Source: Antedon mediterranea | Taxonomy: Eukaryota; Animalia; Echinodermata | Assembly (NCBI RefSeq): GCF_964355755.1 | Contig: NC_092678.1 | Coordinates: forward strand, 25,747,365-25,811,364 | Direction of reading: 5' to 3' | Length of the DNA stretch: 64,000 bases | Shown here: in pieces, positions 1 to 13,700 of the stretch | How the letters are laid out: each line of letters begins with the position of its first letter | Position numbering within the stretch: the first letter of the stretch is position 1 | Position numbers and translations under genes: made by a program | The notes under the pieces: model-generated | Databases searched by the model: none | What the model was told of the DNA's origin: nothing | What the model saw: the letters and a program-made list of their open reading frames with translations, nothing else

Positions 1-731
1 TAGCGTGTTGTTCGGACCGAGGTCAACCCACCTTAACGTTTGCTGTTATACTAGAAATCACGATACCGTGTTGTACCGGAAGTTTCATCAACACGCAGTG
101 CATGCTAGGATAAAAGGTCAAATTGTTGATCGCTTGAATTGAATTGTTGGCTGGGTTGTTGTCAACAAATCATCGTCGCCTCCTCGCTGTCCGATGTATT
201 CGCGCGGTTTTTACCATTTTCATTATTGTATTCGTTCACGTTTGCATTGTTGTTTATTTTGTTCTCGGTTCATTTAAATTAATAAAAGTTATTTTAAGGG
301 TTTCATTGTTTCATCTATACACTATGGAAGAAGATGCCATTTTTGCGATGTTATTTTTTATTCTGTTTGGAGTGGGAAACGATAGTCTATAGAGGCCTAC
401 TACCACTACGAGTTGGCCCTACCAGGCTAGGCGTAAGACGTGGTAGGAGGATGATTGCTGGCAGCGAAGCAGCAATAAATGGGCCCAATCTTGTTAGACG
501 TCGCATGACATGATTGATATTACGACCTGTTTTAACGAGAGGTCAAAATATACCCTGAGGACACTTCCAACACGGTAACGGCGACCGGGAATCCACCAAA
601 TTTTAGGATTCAGCCAAGTAGCCTTTTTTGCAATTAAAATCTCATTACACGGAATCTCTTTGTTGTTATACAACACACTTCTCGTAGGCGTGTAGAATAT
701 GCGTGTAATAGCGTGTTGTATAAACGCGCCC
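1..731. mobile_element. Non-autonomous TIR DNA transposon, copy 1 (left end outside window), PIF/Harbinger-like
   Basis: Near-identical to 1073-1807; ends in TIR gtgttgtataaacgcgccc followed by TTA. Confidence 0.75.
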
Positions 732-1026
732 TTAAATGACATTGTTTACTTAAGAATAGCAGACTGCGTCCAGGGTAGTTGAGTCAGTTTCAATCACAAC
801 TAAGACTATTGTATACAAGAACAAAACTGGGATCCTTTCTCAGTGTTTGTATTCAATATGGGATTACAGGGTTAAGTCCTGGCAAAGTTTATGCTTACAA
901 TTGAGAATGCAAACTTGTTTACCTGAGAATTCTACAGTGCTGTTTGCATTGCAGTATTGCATAATTAATCCCCAAGGACAAAGCTATTTAACCCCTTGTT
1001 AAAGTAATTGGACATTTTAAATCTTA

Positions 1027-1807
1027 GGTCGTGTTTATACAACACCCTAAATTTGAACACGGCTTAAATTTTTAGCGTGTTGTTCGGACCGAGGTCAACC
1101 CACCTTAACGTTTGCTGTTATACTAGAAATCGCGATACCGTGTTGTACCGGAAGTTTCATCAACACGCAGTGCATGCTAGGATAAAAGGTCAAATCGTTG
1201 ATCGCTTGAATTGAATTGTTGGCTGGGTTGTTGTCAACAAATCATCGTCGCCTCCTCCTCGCTGTCCGATGATTCGCGCGGTTTTTACCATTTTCATTAT
1301 TGTATTCGTTCACGTTTGCATTGTTGTTTATTTTGTTCTCGGTTCATTTAAATTAATAAAAGTTATTTTAAGGGTTTCATTGTTTCATCTATACACTATG
1401 GAAGAAGATGCCATTTTTGCGATGTTATTTTTTATTCTGTTTGGAGTGGGAAACGATAGTCTATATAGAGGCCTACTACCACTACGAGTTGGCCCTACCA
1501 GGCTAGGCGTAAGACGTGGTAGGAGGATGATTGCTGGCAGCGAAGCAGCAATAAATGGGCCCAATCTTGTTAGACGTCGCATGACATGATTGATATTACG
1601 ACCTGTTTTAACGAGAGGTCAAAATATACCCTGAGGACACTTCCAACACGGTAACGGCGACCGGGAATCCACCAAATTTTAGGATTCAGCCAAGTAGCCT
1701 TTTTTGCAATTAAAATCTCATTACACGGAATCTCTTTGTTGTTATACAACACACTTCTCGTAGGCGTGTAGAATATGCGTGTAATAGCGTGTTGTATAAA
1801 CGCGCCC
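1027..1807. mobile_element. Non-autonomous TIR DNA transposon, copy 2 (about 780 bp), PIF/Harbinger-like
   Basis: Left end ggtcgtgtttatacaacac is the imperfect inverted repeat of right end gtgttgtataaacgcgccc; flanks TTA / TTG. Confidence 0.75.
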
Positions 1808-1864
1808 TTGGTTTTGAATGTGTTGAAAATTCAAACTTGAATTAAATCATGCAAGCATACCTCA

Positions 1865-1980
1865 AGCTCTGTCTACAATATCAAACATTATGTGACAAAA
1901 AAATGTGATGTGCTAATATATGGTAGTGATATGACATCATCATTTTTTGTCACATAAAGTTTGATATTGTAGACAGAGCT
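1865..1980. mobile_element. MITE family A (TIR agctctgtctacactatcaaac)
   Basis: TIRs agctctgtctacaatatcaaac...gtttgatattgtagacagagct; TTA on the right; six related copies in the window. Confidence 0.85.
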
Positions 1981-4749
1981 TTATAATTGTTATAGAACTT
2001 ATGCTACATTATTTTATGTGAACTATATTTCATAGAATTATTATCTTTATCATTATGATATCAAAGACTTTAAATGAGTTTTAATGGCAAAGATCGAAGA
2101 TTGTCGCGCATACCGTGAACCTTACTCGGAAAGAATGTAAAACTTGTAGAATTACAGTAATAAGGATGTGGTTTAAAGTGATTGATACGTGTCGTTTATT
2201 TTGATGTCCGGAGGGGAGGGGTTCAATCCCCTGTCAGTCATTCTTTGTGAATCATAGAATTAGCTGATTAGTGTTCTAATATCAAGTTTATTCACTCTTA
2301 AATGGTTTTGTCATATTGTGCTATTAGTACTGTACAAGTTAATACAGCCATAATAATCATTGCACATGTTGAAGGCTATCCTATTCTATACTTTTGGTGC
2401 TAAGACGTGTCCGATAAGAACTTAAACTAAAGGTCCGGTGAATACATAAATAAACCATTGCATCTTTTGAAAAGAGAGTAGGAGTTCAGTTAATTAATCA
2501 TTGCATCAGGTAATGACACTATCAGTTCAATCACTTTAATACGGACTCTCCCCCCCTCCCCTATGGTAGTAGTACAAAACAAGACTTTTCAGATAAGAAC
2601 TGAAGGTCCGGTATATACATCAATAAACCATTGAATTTTTTGAAAACTTAGGAGTTAATTAATTTCAGTCACTATAATCATTGCATCAGTTATTATCAGT
2701 TTAATCACTTTACCCTTCCACCCACCCCTCTCCCTCCTTCATTGAAGATGATCAATAACATTAACAAATTGTACAAAAGGCTCCCTGTTAGGTTTGTCAA
2801 CGCCCACCCAATGTCCACCATCATGGTTTTCAAACTGGAATAAATATCCAGGGATGTGACTCAAGACGCGTCCAGGTTAGTGATGTCACATGGTGTAACC
2901 ATGGTAACAATACTTACAGTTTTACCAACTGAGCTTATGAGTAGCTTCTTTGTTTTTTTTAAAGCATTAGTATCAGGTCAGCTTATGTTGTTGAGAATTG
3001 TCTGTGGTACTAAAGTACAGAACTTAATGTTAAGTACAGTACTACCGGTATTATAAAGAAAGATGATATATTTACTGTATGAAATTAAAAATGTAATGAT
3101 GTATACATACAGTATACATTACAGTTTCCTGTTTATACTGTATAATGATAGTTAAATATCATTAAACTACCTTTACCTCACCTTAAAGTAATTAGGTCAT
3201 TTTCCACAATAAGTATACAAGAGCTATCCAGTAAATGTACAGGCATAAATCATACAGTAAATCAACAGCCTGGTAATTAGGCTTTAATTGGTCAATACCC
3301 TAATAATCATTTTCCTTGTTATTATCACTGCCTGCCACAGTTTGTAGTAATCTTTGATTTTTTATTTGTTACTATATAACCAAATGCTGTGTATTTAAAT
3401 GTACACTGCGCTGTTTTCACTTGTATAGTGGGTTGGACGTCAACATTTACTTGTGTATATAGTGGGTTCGCTGGACGTCAGCATTTACATGTATATATAG
3501 TGTAGTCATTGCATCAAAATTTACTTGTGTATAGAGTGGGTTCATTGGACGTTAACATTTAATTAAGTGTACTGTATAGTGGGTCCAGTGCATTGCAAGT
3601 CAAAACAGATTTAATTAATAGGACATTTTATTACATATAGTAATAAATGAAGACAACATGGTTTAATTGATATGTATTTTTACCAGTGTAATTTTCGCAG
3701 TTTAGTTCCAAATTGCCTGTGATGTTATATACTGATTTCATACGAGCTATGAATAACTAGTACCATCATCCCCTTTTGATTAGTTATCATTTAAGATCTA
3801 GCAAAATGTGGGTCAGAGCGCGTCTGATCTACTTCCTTCACCGTCATTCACAGTCTATCCCTTGTTTTAACTTTCCCTCAAATGTCTACAGTACCTGGTA
3901 GTCATTTAGCCACACTCATCGGAAGTATATAAAATATACATGCAGTGCTGTACTGCAACTATTCCCATAGGGACATGTACATTATGAGTAGATATGTTAA
4001 GCTTGTCAAAATGTTGATTTATTGAAAAGATGTTTTCTGTTGCTGTAAAGTTAACTATGCTTTGTTGGATGGAGACTCTGTCAAAATGTTAGCAACAAGA
4101 TGTTTACCATCAAGCTGCTGATGTACTGTAACTAATAAACTGCTTCCTTTTTTAATATTGATTGAGATGGTTTAGATAATTTAGGCTGTTTTTAATTTAT
4201 CCTTTAAATTATTATTTCCTGTGGAATTTATTATTAACTCAAACTGTTTAAGGTTTTAATCAACATTTTATTTTTAATTTAGTAAGTAAGCAAAATAAGT
4301 TTGCTGAGACTGCAATACCCTGACAATAGCATTCATGGAGCTTAAATAGCTTTCCTGCATTTTGTTAACTTGGACCACACATTTACAAAGTTATTTGTTA
4401 CTCTGTTTTACCATGGTTTTACAAAAATTACAGATTAAATTTCATTGCATATCAATTTATATTCATGATAATGTATTCTAATTTATTTTAATGTCAAGTG
4501 GAATATGTCGGCGTGTACTCATTGATATAATCCACATGTTTAAACATGCTACTTAAACCTGCATGCTACTTACGTTCCTCACCTTTTTAATACCGACATC
4601 TATTCACTTCATAAATTACAATTGTTCAGCGCTTAGAATTGGCCTGCATTTTGCGTTATATAAATTGTACATTATTATTATTAATTACTTGAATTTTATT
4701 GTTAATATTCACTTGTATTAATATCAAATTTGTTGATTGTTTACTACAG

Positions 4750-7700
4750 ATAGTTCAGATATCGTGGATGGACGTCTGAAACTGATCCTAGGCCTAATAT
4801 GGACATTGATTCTACATTACTCAATCAGCATGCCAATGTGGGATGAGGAAGATGAAGGAGAAGATGACGGAACAAAGAAACGAAAGGAAACGCCAAAAGA
4901 AAAACTCCTTGGATGGATTCAGAGTAAAGTACCAGATTTACCAATCAAGAATTTCAACAAAGATTGGAATGATGGCCGTGCTGTCGGTGCATTGGTTGAT
5001 GCATGTGCTCCAGGTAAGCTTTAATGCATTACTATTACCCTGGATGAAAGAAAAATGTGTTAATGCATAGTTTAGCCTGTTTAAGAAGGATGGGGGAAAC
5101 TCTGACTCATTGTCTGGCCGTACTATACTGGTTTACTGTTAAGCTCTGTCTACACTATCAAACTTTTTGTGACAAAAAAATGTGATGTGCCCATATATGG
5201 ACATAATGATGTCATAGCACTACCATATTTTGGACACATCACATTTTTTTTGTGTAAAACTAGTTTAATAGTGTAGATAAAGCTTTACGTTTTCCTTGAG
5301 AGGTAACATGACCTAATTTCAGGCGTTTTTTGTGAACTTATTACTCGATCGACATTTTTAACGATTGACTTGTAAAAAATAAATAAGACTTTGGATATTG
5401 TATATAAATGTTGTAATATGAATCTTGTGATTTTGTATACTATTTTTAAAAACACATGTTTTCATTAATAGGTCTGTGTCCTGACTGGGAGGACTGGTCA
5501 CCTGAAAACAAACTTGCCAATGCCAAAGAAGCCATGCAACTTGCTGATGATTGGTTGAATGTACCACAGGTAAGTCTATGTAATGATTCTGATTGGTTGA
5601 ATGTACCAGTGTAGTATTGTGAGCTGTAATTTGAATAATAGGGCAAAGTATATCTTAGAAGGTTCTTAAGATCAAAGACTCATTTAGTAAATCTGGCCAT
5701 TGAAGGATGTTATGATTATAAATGTACTTAAAACTTACTTAGCCAATATTAACTACATTTGTGTTCAGGGTTGCAACTTATAAAAACTATACATATTTTA
5801 ATATACTAGATTTTTGGCAAGCTAGGCTATGTCTGTCATAGGGAATCCATTTAGTCTAAAGTACCTTCTCTCACTGCAAAAAGTTCCATAATGCATTTGC
5901 TTCAAACATATAATTTGGATTTAAATTGTAGATTCCTTTGTATATAAGGTTTGTAGTATGATTTTAAACTGATAAACTAGGCAACACATTACTCAATACG
6001 TTGAATTACAATTACAGTCATTGATAAAATGATAGATATGACGTCAACGTTTTATGTGGCTTTGACTGGCATTATCTGTATAACTGATTTTGACCCATTT
6101 TTTCAACCAAATAATCAGTTTGTGACGCTTGCATTATGCCAACATAATGGTATTATTCTGTGTTGTGTAAATCCTCCCTTTTAATGAAGTAAGCCGTATA
6201 TCACTGTGCTGCAGTGTACTAATGCACGATTCTATTCTGTTAAAATGTCCTCTTTAGACTTTTAGCTCTAAATTGAGAGCTCTTAACTTTTTTTTAATCC
6301 TACGATAAATACAAGAAGGGGCAATAGACTCTACAATACAATTGATGTTTAAAACCAAAATCCTACCAGGAACTAACTACTTATAATGGCCAATAAAAAC
6401 AAGTTTATGAATGAAATTCAATGTTTTTTAGTCCTTTAAATGAATTTTGTAAAGTCGGCCTTTGTATACAAAATGTTTGACATTCAGAACCAGATAATAA
6501 TCTAATAATAACAATCCATAAGATTTTTAAAAACATTACTACTGTACCAGAAAGTAATAAGACAAACTATAAGACATCACCTTTACCACCAACAGGTTAT
6601 CCTAGTACAGGCTGTATTTCCTTATTGCTATGCCATAGGGTGTGATAAGTTATTAACCTTGTTTTGTGGAAATAATGGATAAAATGTGACGTCAGTCCAG
6701 ACAAGCAATAAAGAAAATATTTAATGCTTTATGTAAACACTTTCCTATTTGTTTTGGAGTGAAATAATGAAATATTGTATGGAAGTTGAAAGAAAACCAC
6801 AAACCAGCCAAGAATTTAATTCATAAATAATCATGACCTTATAAGGAAGTCTATCAAAAGAAATCCTTGGAAAGTTATTAAGAGCAAACATAATGCGAAG
6901 AAAATGATTCCAGATTCTTTCAAATATTTTTGTATGCTTCAATATTTTTACAGAATTTAAGGAATTTCTAAAAGTACATACATAAATTACTGGGCATATA
7001 TAGTGTAATGTACCTGAGTAACATAATTAAAACATTAACTACTAAACATGAGTTGTTATTTAGTATTTTTCAAGATAAACTTAGTGGGTCGTAAGACTTG
7101 TCATTTTTACAGAATTTAAGGAATTTCTAAAAAAGTAAAATACATATAAATTACCAGGCACCTTATAGTGTAATGTACCTGAATAACATAATTAAAACAT
7201 TAACTACTAATCTTATTTAATATTTTTCAAGATAAACTTTAAAACATTAGTGGGTCGTAGGACGTGTCATCGTCAAGGACACGAGGAACGGATCAATTGA
7301 ACAATTTGGAAACAATCAGGTGGGAGCTAAAAGCCATACTTCCACATGAATTAATCAAACGCATTAACACATGAGTTACTATGACTATACATGGAATTTT
7401 GAATCTGAAATTAATTTGAGCAGTTATTTGGGCCAAACCAAAATGACATTTGTTGTTTGGTTGTCAAGGTTACAAGTCAAATTGATACTGTCTGCACCAT
7501 ATGGTGGATCTCATCGTTTTCTAATATTTCATGTTTTTGCCAAATTAACATTTTGTTGGAGTTATAGATCTTGTTGGAATCTAGGTTTGCTTCTTTGGTT
7601 TGGACTACAGGGTTAGGGTTAGGGTCAGGGTAGTCACTAAAAATAGAATTGTGAAACTATAGATATCAACATCATAAACATGGCATCATCATTTGTTGGT

Positions 7701-10700
7701 TTGAATGTGATTGATTAATAAATGTGAACTCATTAATGTTAAACCTGTATAGTTTTCAAAGAATGTGATACATTAGTTATTTTAGAGTTAGGATAAAAGC
7801 TAATTAATGTGTAACATACAATACATCATTAAAGGGATTTAAATAAGAACTTATATTGATGTATCATTGAAGTAATGTTGTTAATTAATCTATCATTAAT
7901 CATAATTAATGTTATTAATGTCCTATGATACGACATACAATGCATTTTAGTAGTATCACGGCCTAGAATATTGTTAGAGGTCACAATAATACATATAATG
8001 TGTATGAGAAATGATGTATGGCAGTGATAATGGTAATTGACAATGTGAAGGATGCTTCATGAAATTAAACAGATTCAAATTCCTAGGAATTCCTGATCAT
8101 GACATAAATAATGTTAAAATATTAATCGCATAATAATGCCATGATCCACTAATGACAACTTAGTAAAACATTCGGCGGACAATTTTTTTAACATTGCCGT
8201 ATAAATTGTATGATTCATTGTAGTTTAACCGCAATGATATATCCTGGGTTATCCCTTATTCATTGTAGTTTAACCGCAATGATATATCCTGGGTTATCCC
8301 TTATTTTTGTATAGAAATTCAGATTAATCATTGGTTTTATATTGTACTACAATAGAATTGTAACAAACAATAGGATGGTAATATTGGTTAAGAATTACTA
8401 TAAATTCATCATTTGTTTGTCTCTATTCTATTAAGTACGTATGTAAGTCGGTTGACAACTCCATTAAACTTGATCTAATAATGGTTATCATTTTCTTTAT
8501 AATTTTAGGTGTGACATATTTTAGTTGCTTTTTAAAATCACACTTTTAATTTTTAGTTTTTTCAACGCCATCAATACATATGCTAGATTTAGTTTTGAAT
8601 AATGGTTGTTGCTTATCTTTTAAAGTTAAAGAGATATAGAAGTGTAGTTAGAGAAGTAAGTTCACAATAATTAATCCTTAATCAAACGTTATCTAGTGGT
8701 AAAGGTAGATTACTGTGTCTAGACCGTCAACTTTATCCAACCAGTGCTTTGTAAAACTCTAGAGGGCAGTAGAAACTTTCTGAAAAAAAGTTCAATGGAT
8801 AAGAAAGGAATTTATTACTGAATACCATACAATTTATTATAGGTGTGGCAATTTTTTGTCGTTTGAATGAATTGTATAGTATAGTTTTATCCTTTTAAAA
8901 TTAACAACTATATATATTTATATTTAGAATTTTTTTCATTTGGTTAGATGATAAAATTTGAACATTTTTTTTTTAAAACTTTGTTTTTTAAAATCAATAT
9001 TTAATAATAATATTTAATTGGCCATTTTTCGAAAAAAAAATCTCTGACTAAAACCCTTTCTCTTTAAATGCTTTAGAAAGATTGATATGATGTAAATTAA
9101 ATGCATCCTTTAAATGCTTTAGAAAGATTGATATGATGTAAATTAAATGCATCTTCCACCGATATTGGGTATCGTGGGTTATGTCAACTTTACATACAAA
9201 AGGAGAAGGTGAAGTACTACCATATATGGTAGTCAAGGTCATAGCCTTTAGGCAATGTTATGTCTACCAAGTTTTTTGTTCATTCTTATTGGGTGAAAAA
9301 GTACCATAGAAATCTTACTGAAAAAAGTACCCTAGAAATCTCATTGTAAAAAGTACCATAGAAATCTCATTGTAAAAAGTACCCTAGAAGTTGTATTGTA
9401 AAAAGTACCCTCAGTTAAATCAAACAAGACTCCTACTCCGATGATGATGATCCACGCATTGACATTGTAAAAAAGGATCAGCCATTTTGGTTGCTAGACA
9501 GACAGTGTAGTCAGCTGTTGTTGGCATAATTTATATCGTGCATTCCTGGCATTTTTCTTCCCTGTGGGGTTGAGTTGCAAAAAGGGTGTTTCCTGGTTCA
9601 CCAAATATAATATAATGTATTGTAAACATTTAGCAAAAAGTAAATGTAGTTTGGGATACCTACCACAAATACCTTTGATTCCATTTATAGACCATTTGGT
9701 CCTCCTGTTTATTTCATTGTTTTGTGTTGACCTACAAAAGTATGGGTGATATTTCAATTGGTTTTAAAAAGTTAAAAAAATGAAAATTTGTAAAAAGTAA
9801 CTTTTAACAATGATTAAATATTCAAATTCAAATAGATTAAAAATTGAATAATTTATTATTATTATTATTAAAATCATAATCATATCAATTTCTACTTCAA
9901 TATGTAGCGCAGTTCATAATGTGTGATCATCTCCCTGGTGTGATTAAGTTAAATTTTGATTCAAGTATCTCTTTACTAGTTAATCTAGTTTACTATTATA
10001 AATTTCTCTATCTGTAGAGTAGTACAGAGTTGGACTAGAGTCTGTTGGAAAGGAGCTGGTCATCTCGCTGTAGTGCTTTCAAACATAGTAAATTTACACA
10101 GTTATGCAATTTTATTCAGAATAAAACTTTGTTTTCTTGCAGTTGTTGGCGCCAGAAGACATGGTCAACCCAAGGGTCGACGACCTCAGTATGATGACAT
10201 ATTTGTCAGAGTTTCCAAAAGCCAAGTTGAAGCCAGGCGCTCCATTGAGGCCAAGATCAAACTCAAAGAAAGTAAGTACAAACTGTATTGGTGGTATCTG
10301 TACATAGTTCTTTACATTAAATAATTCATGAATACGTACGTGAGTGACGTTTCGACTTGTTTTCAACAAATCTTCATGTATTGGTGGTGTTAATGTGAAA
10401 GGGACTTTATTTTGTAAACTTGTACACTAAACCTATTGTAACTTGTAAATTTAGATTACTTCATTTTTTTTACCAGACTCTGATACACCTTGTTTTATCT
10501 TTCAGGTACGTGCCTATGGACCAGGTATTGAGAAAGAGGGTAACGCCATCACAAGACCCACCCACTTCACTGTTGAGACATATGCAGCCGGTAGTGGAAA
10601 CGTCACCGTGAAGATCGTTGGCCCAAACGGTCAAGAAGTACCTAGTGAGATTAAATTTAACAAGGATAAGAATAAGACCTACACTGTAGAGTATACCCCT

Positions 10701-13700
10701 AAATTAGTCGGAGTACATACGGTAAGTAAATTCATTTTACAAAGATATATTTGACAGGAAAATAGGTACAGCAAGCATGTGGTATGATGTTAAATTTAAG
10801 GCCAATTTACACAGACAAGTGGTAATAGTGATAAAAATATAGAATCTATGTTATTCCTTATGACCATTTACAAACAACGCGGAGCGGACGGGCGGCTTAT
10901 GATATACAGATTCTATACTATGCAGTTTTTGTACGCTTACCGTTACCGCTCGTCTGTGTAAATTGGCCTTTAAGCTGTGAAAATTGTGTAAACATTTTTC
11001 TGAAATTGGTCAACAGGTAAACGTATCTTTCAACAATGCAGTCATTCCAAAGGCTCCATTCACAGTAGAAGTTGGTGAATTACTCACAGATCCCAGCAAA
11101 TGCTCAGCAGAAGGCCCAGGCCTACAACCCACCGGTGTCATGCTTGACAAATCCACTCATTTTGAAGTATTCACTGCTGGTAAATTAGTTTGTATTTATT
11201 TTAATTTCACCTTATTTATAGAGGGTGACCCGAAACAGCGTATGCTGACAATCAAGGGGCCCTCTTGATGAGTTTTTATAAGTGTCCGTGTGTGACAGTG
11301 ACTGTGTGTGTACTAGTACACCGAGGTAACCCCCCCCCCCCCCTACTCGTCTCAAAAGATGTACTGGTTTTTTAAAGTGCACATGAGCTAGATGTGTACA
11401 TCAACAAAAGGTGTATTACTCCGGTATAATTTTCTGTGACTTCAGAGAAGACATACTCAGTACACTGAAGTAGTTGAGTTATGTATATTCTGTAACTGAT
11501 TTTCTTCATTGGTTGCTTAGGTGCTGGACTTGGAGATGTTAGCATAACAGTAAAAGATCCAAATGGTGACACTACCACATCTAAGCTGACTGTTGAGGAT
11601 AAGGGCAAGGGTGTTTACTACTGCCAATACACCCCTACCATGATGGGAACATACATCATTGAGATCACATTCTCTGGTGCACCCATTCCAGGAAGTGCCT
11701 TCGAAGTTAAAGTTGTTCCAGGTAAGGTTTATTAATTTAATGTGGAATTTGGACAGTTTTTATGAATATTTATTGGCGTGGTATTTCACATTAAATACAC
11801 ATAATTCATTCATTATTCAACCATTTAAGCAAGCAGATTCACTTTTCACTTCACTACTTGGATTTTAATGTATTATTTATAATTATTTGTTTTTTCAGAA
11901 TTCAATTCTCAGAAAGCGTTTGCTTACGGTAGAGGCATACAACAAAAGGGATTACGTGCTAAGGAGAACTGTGTATTCTACGTGGATACAAAGAAAGCTG
12001 GAGAGGCTAATCTGAAAGTGCACATTATTGGACCTGGTGAGAACTAAGGGCCTAAGTACTAGTGCTCAATAAGGGCTGCAATAGAAATCATATAAAGGAA
12101 AAGACAGATATTGATGAGATGTATTGAGAAATAAAGAGTGGAAAAGAATGTAAAATGAAAAGATAAATGATAGTATTATATTGTTTTTAAAAAGTTTATC
12201 AATTTTCTTGTTGGTTCATTTTATTTTATTTTTTTTCTAAAATTTAAATTTCTGGTGGTGGTATTGGGATGATGGGAAATGGTTTCAAAAATAATTTATT
12301 AGCATAATTAATGTTGGTTTGCGACTAGTGAGAAATAAAAGTGTGTTTATTGTAGTTCATGTTTGGGTAGTTGGAGGATGATGTTGTAATGTTGTCATGT
12401 TGTCATGTCATTCTTTACTATTTGTTCATTCTTATCGTTCATCTTATGTCATCTTTCTCATCTAACTTTGTCCAAAAATGTATCAATGTTACCAATTCAA
12501 ATCCTGGATATGAAATTATTACCATATTTGGTAGTAGAAAATTCCCCAAAACAAGTGTTACTCATTTCACCAATCACCTGTGAAAAGAATGCCAACTTGA
12601 AATTACTGATGATAACAGCGTCTGATAAACATTACTCCTAGAGGGCACTCTTGTCGATAACATTATTAAACTATAATAATCTATTTCTATATGACAAACT
12701 ATATTGAATGAAGAATTGTATTGAAAAATGAATTGATTGTATACAGAATATGTATATAGAGCCGGTCATGTAAATTGCATTTGGTATTCCACTATAACAT
12801 AAACAAAGTTTCTTATTTGTTTACAATAATGTATAATATGACACTGATAGCAGCTAATTGAAAGGGCTCTTGATGGGTATTTCAAATATTTTTTTTTTAT
12901 GCACTAATGATATTAATTTAAATATTGCAATTCAATGTTAATTTTCCCAGAATTCATTTGATATTGTCACCTATTTTTGTTAGCAGCTCATAAACCCATC
13001 CAAATGTTACTAACTGAATCTAAACCTACCTTAAATTTTGTTTAGCTATTACTACTTATATGTTTATTTCAGTACTAACTTTGAGTTTGCTAATACTTCC
13101 ATAAAGATGTACTGTGTTTTGAAAACCAATGAATTTGATGTCTCTATTGATTACTGCAGTAACTCATAGTGATGTTAAATTTATTGTACATAATCTGTAC
13201 ATTTTTCTGTTTAATGTTTGTAATGATTTTCTTAATACTAACCTTATTTTGTGCACAGTAGTTGGTAGTGATGTTGATTTATGTATGACACAACAAGGTA
13301 GATAACCTGTCTTTTTCTTTTGTTATGGTTTGCTCATATTTAGTACTAACTTGGTGATCGAACCTTAGCCCTTACCAGAGCCAACAACGCGCCCTTCCAT
13401 GATTACCTTATCCATATTTAAATGGTTTTACTTATACAAGTGGTAGATGTGTTGTTAATTTTGTTTTTAACTTTATCCGTATAAAACCCAAAGTTATAGA
13501 ATGTTGTACAGAGTGTTTGGATGCACATCCAAGTTACATATTCACGCCGAGAAAAAAATATTTCCTCCACTAAATGTAAAATGAACGTTTTAGAAATGCA
13601 TTCACTCAGTTGTATTGATGGATGGTATATTGGTACTAATATTACTAAACTTATTTATTGGATATACAGTATTATTAATGATAAAAGCCTCGCATTTCCC

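Noticed and set aside
144-1752. Short hydrophobic ORFs as host genes
   Set aside because: They lie inside duplicated TIR elements and are frameshifted between the two copies.
7609-7631. Interstitial telomeric repeat (agggtt)n
   Set aside because: Only about 3-4 imperfect units; too short to interpret.
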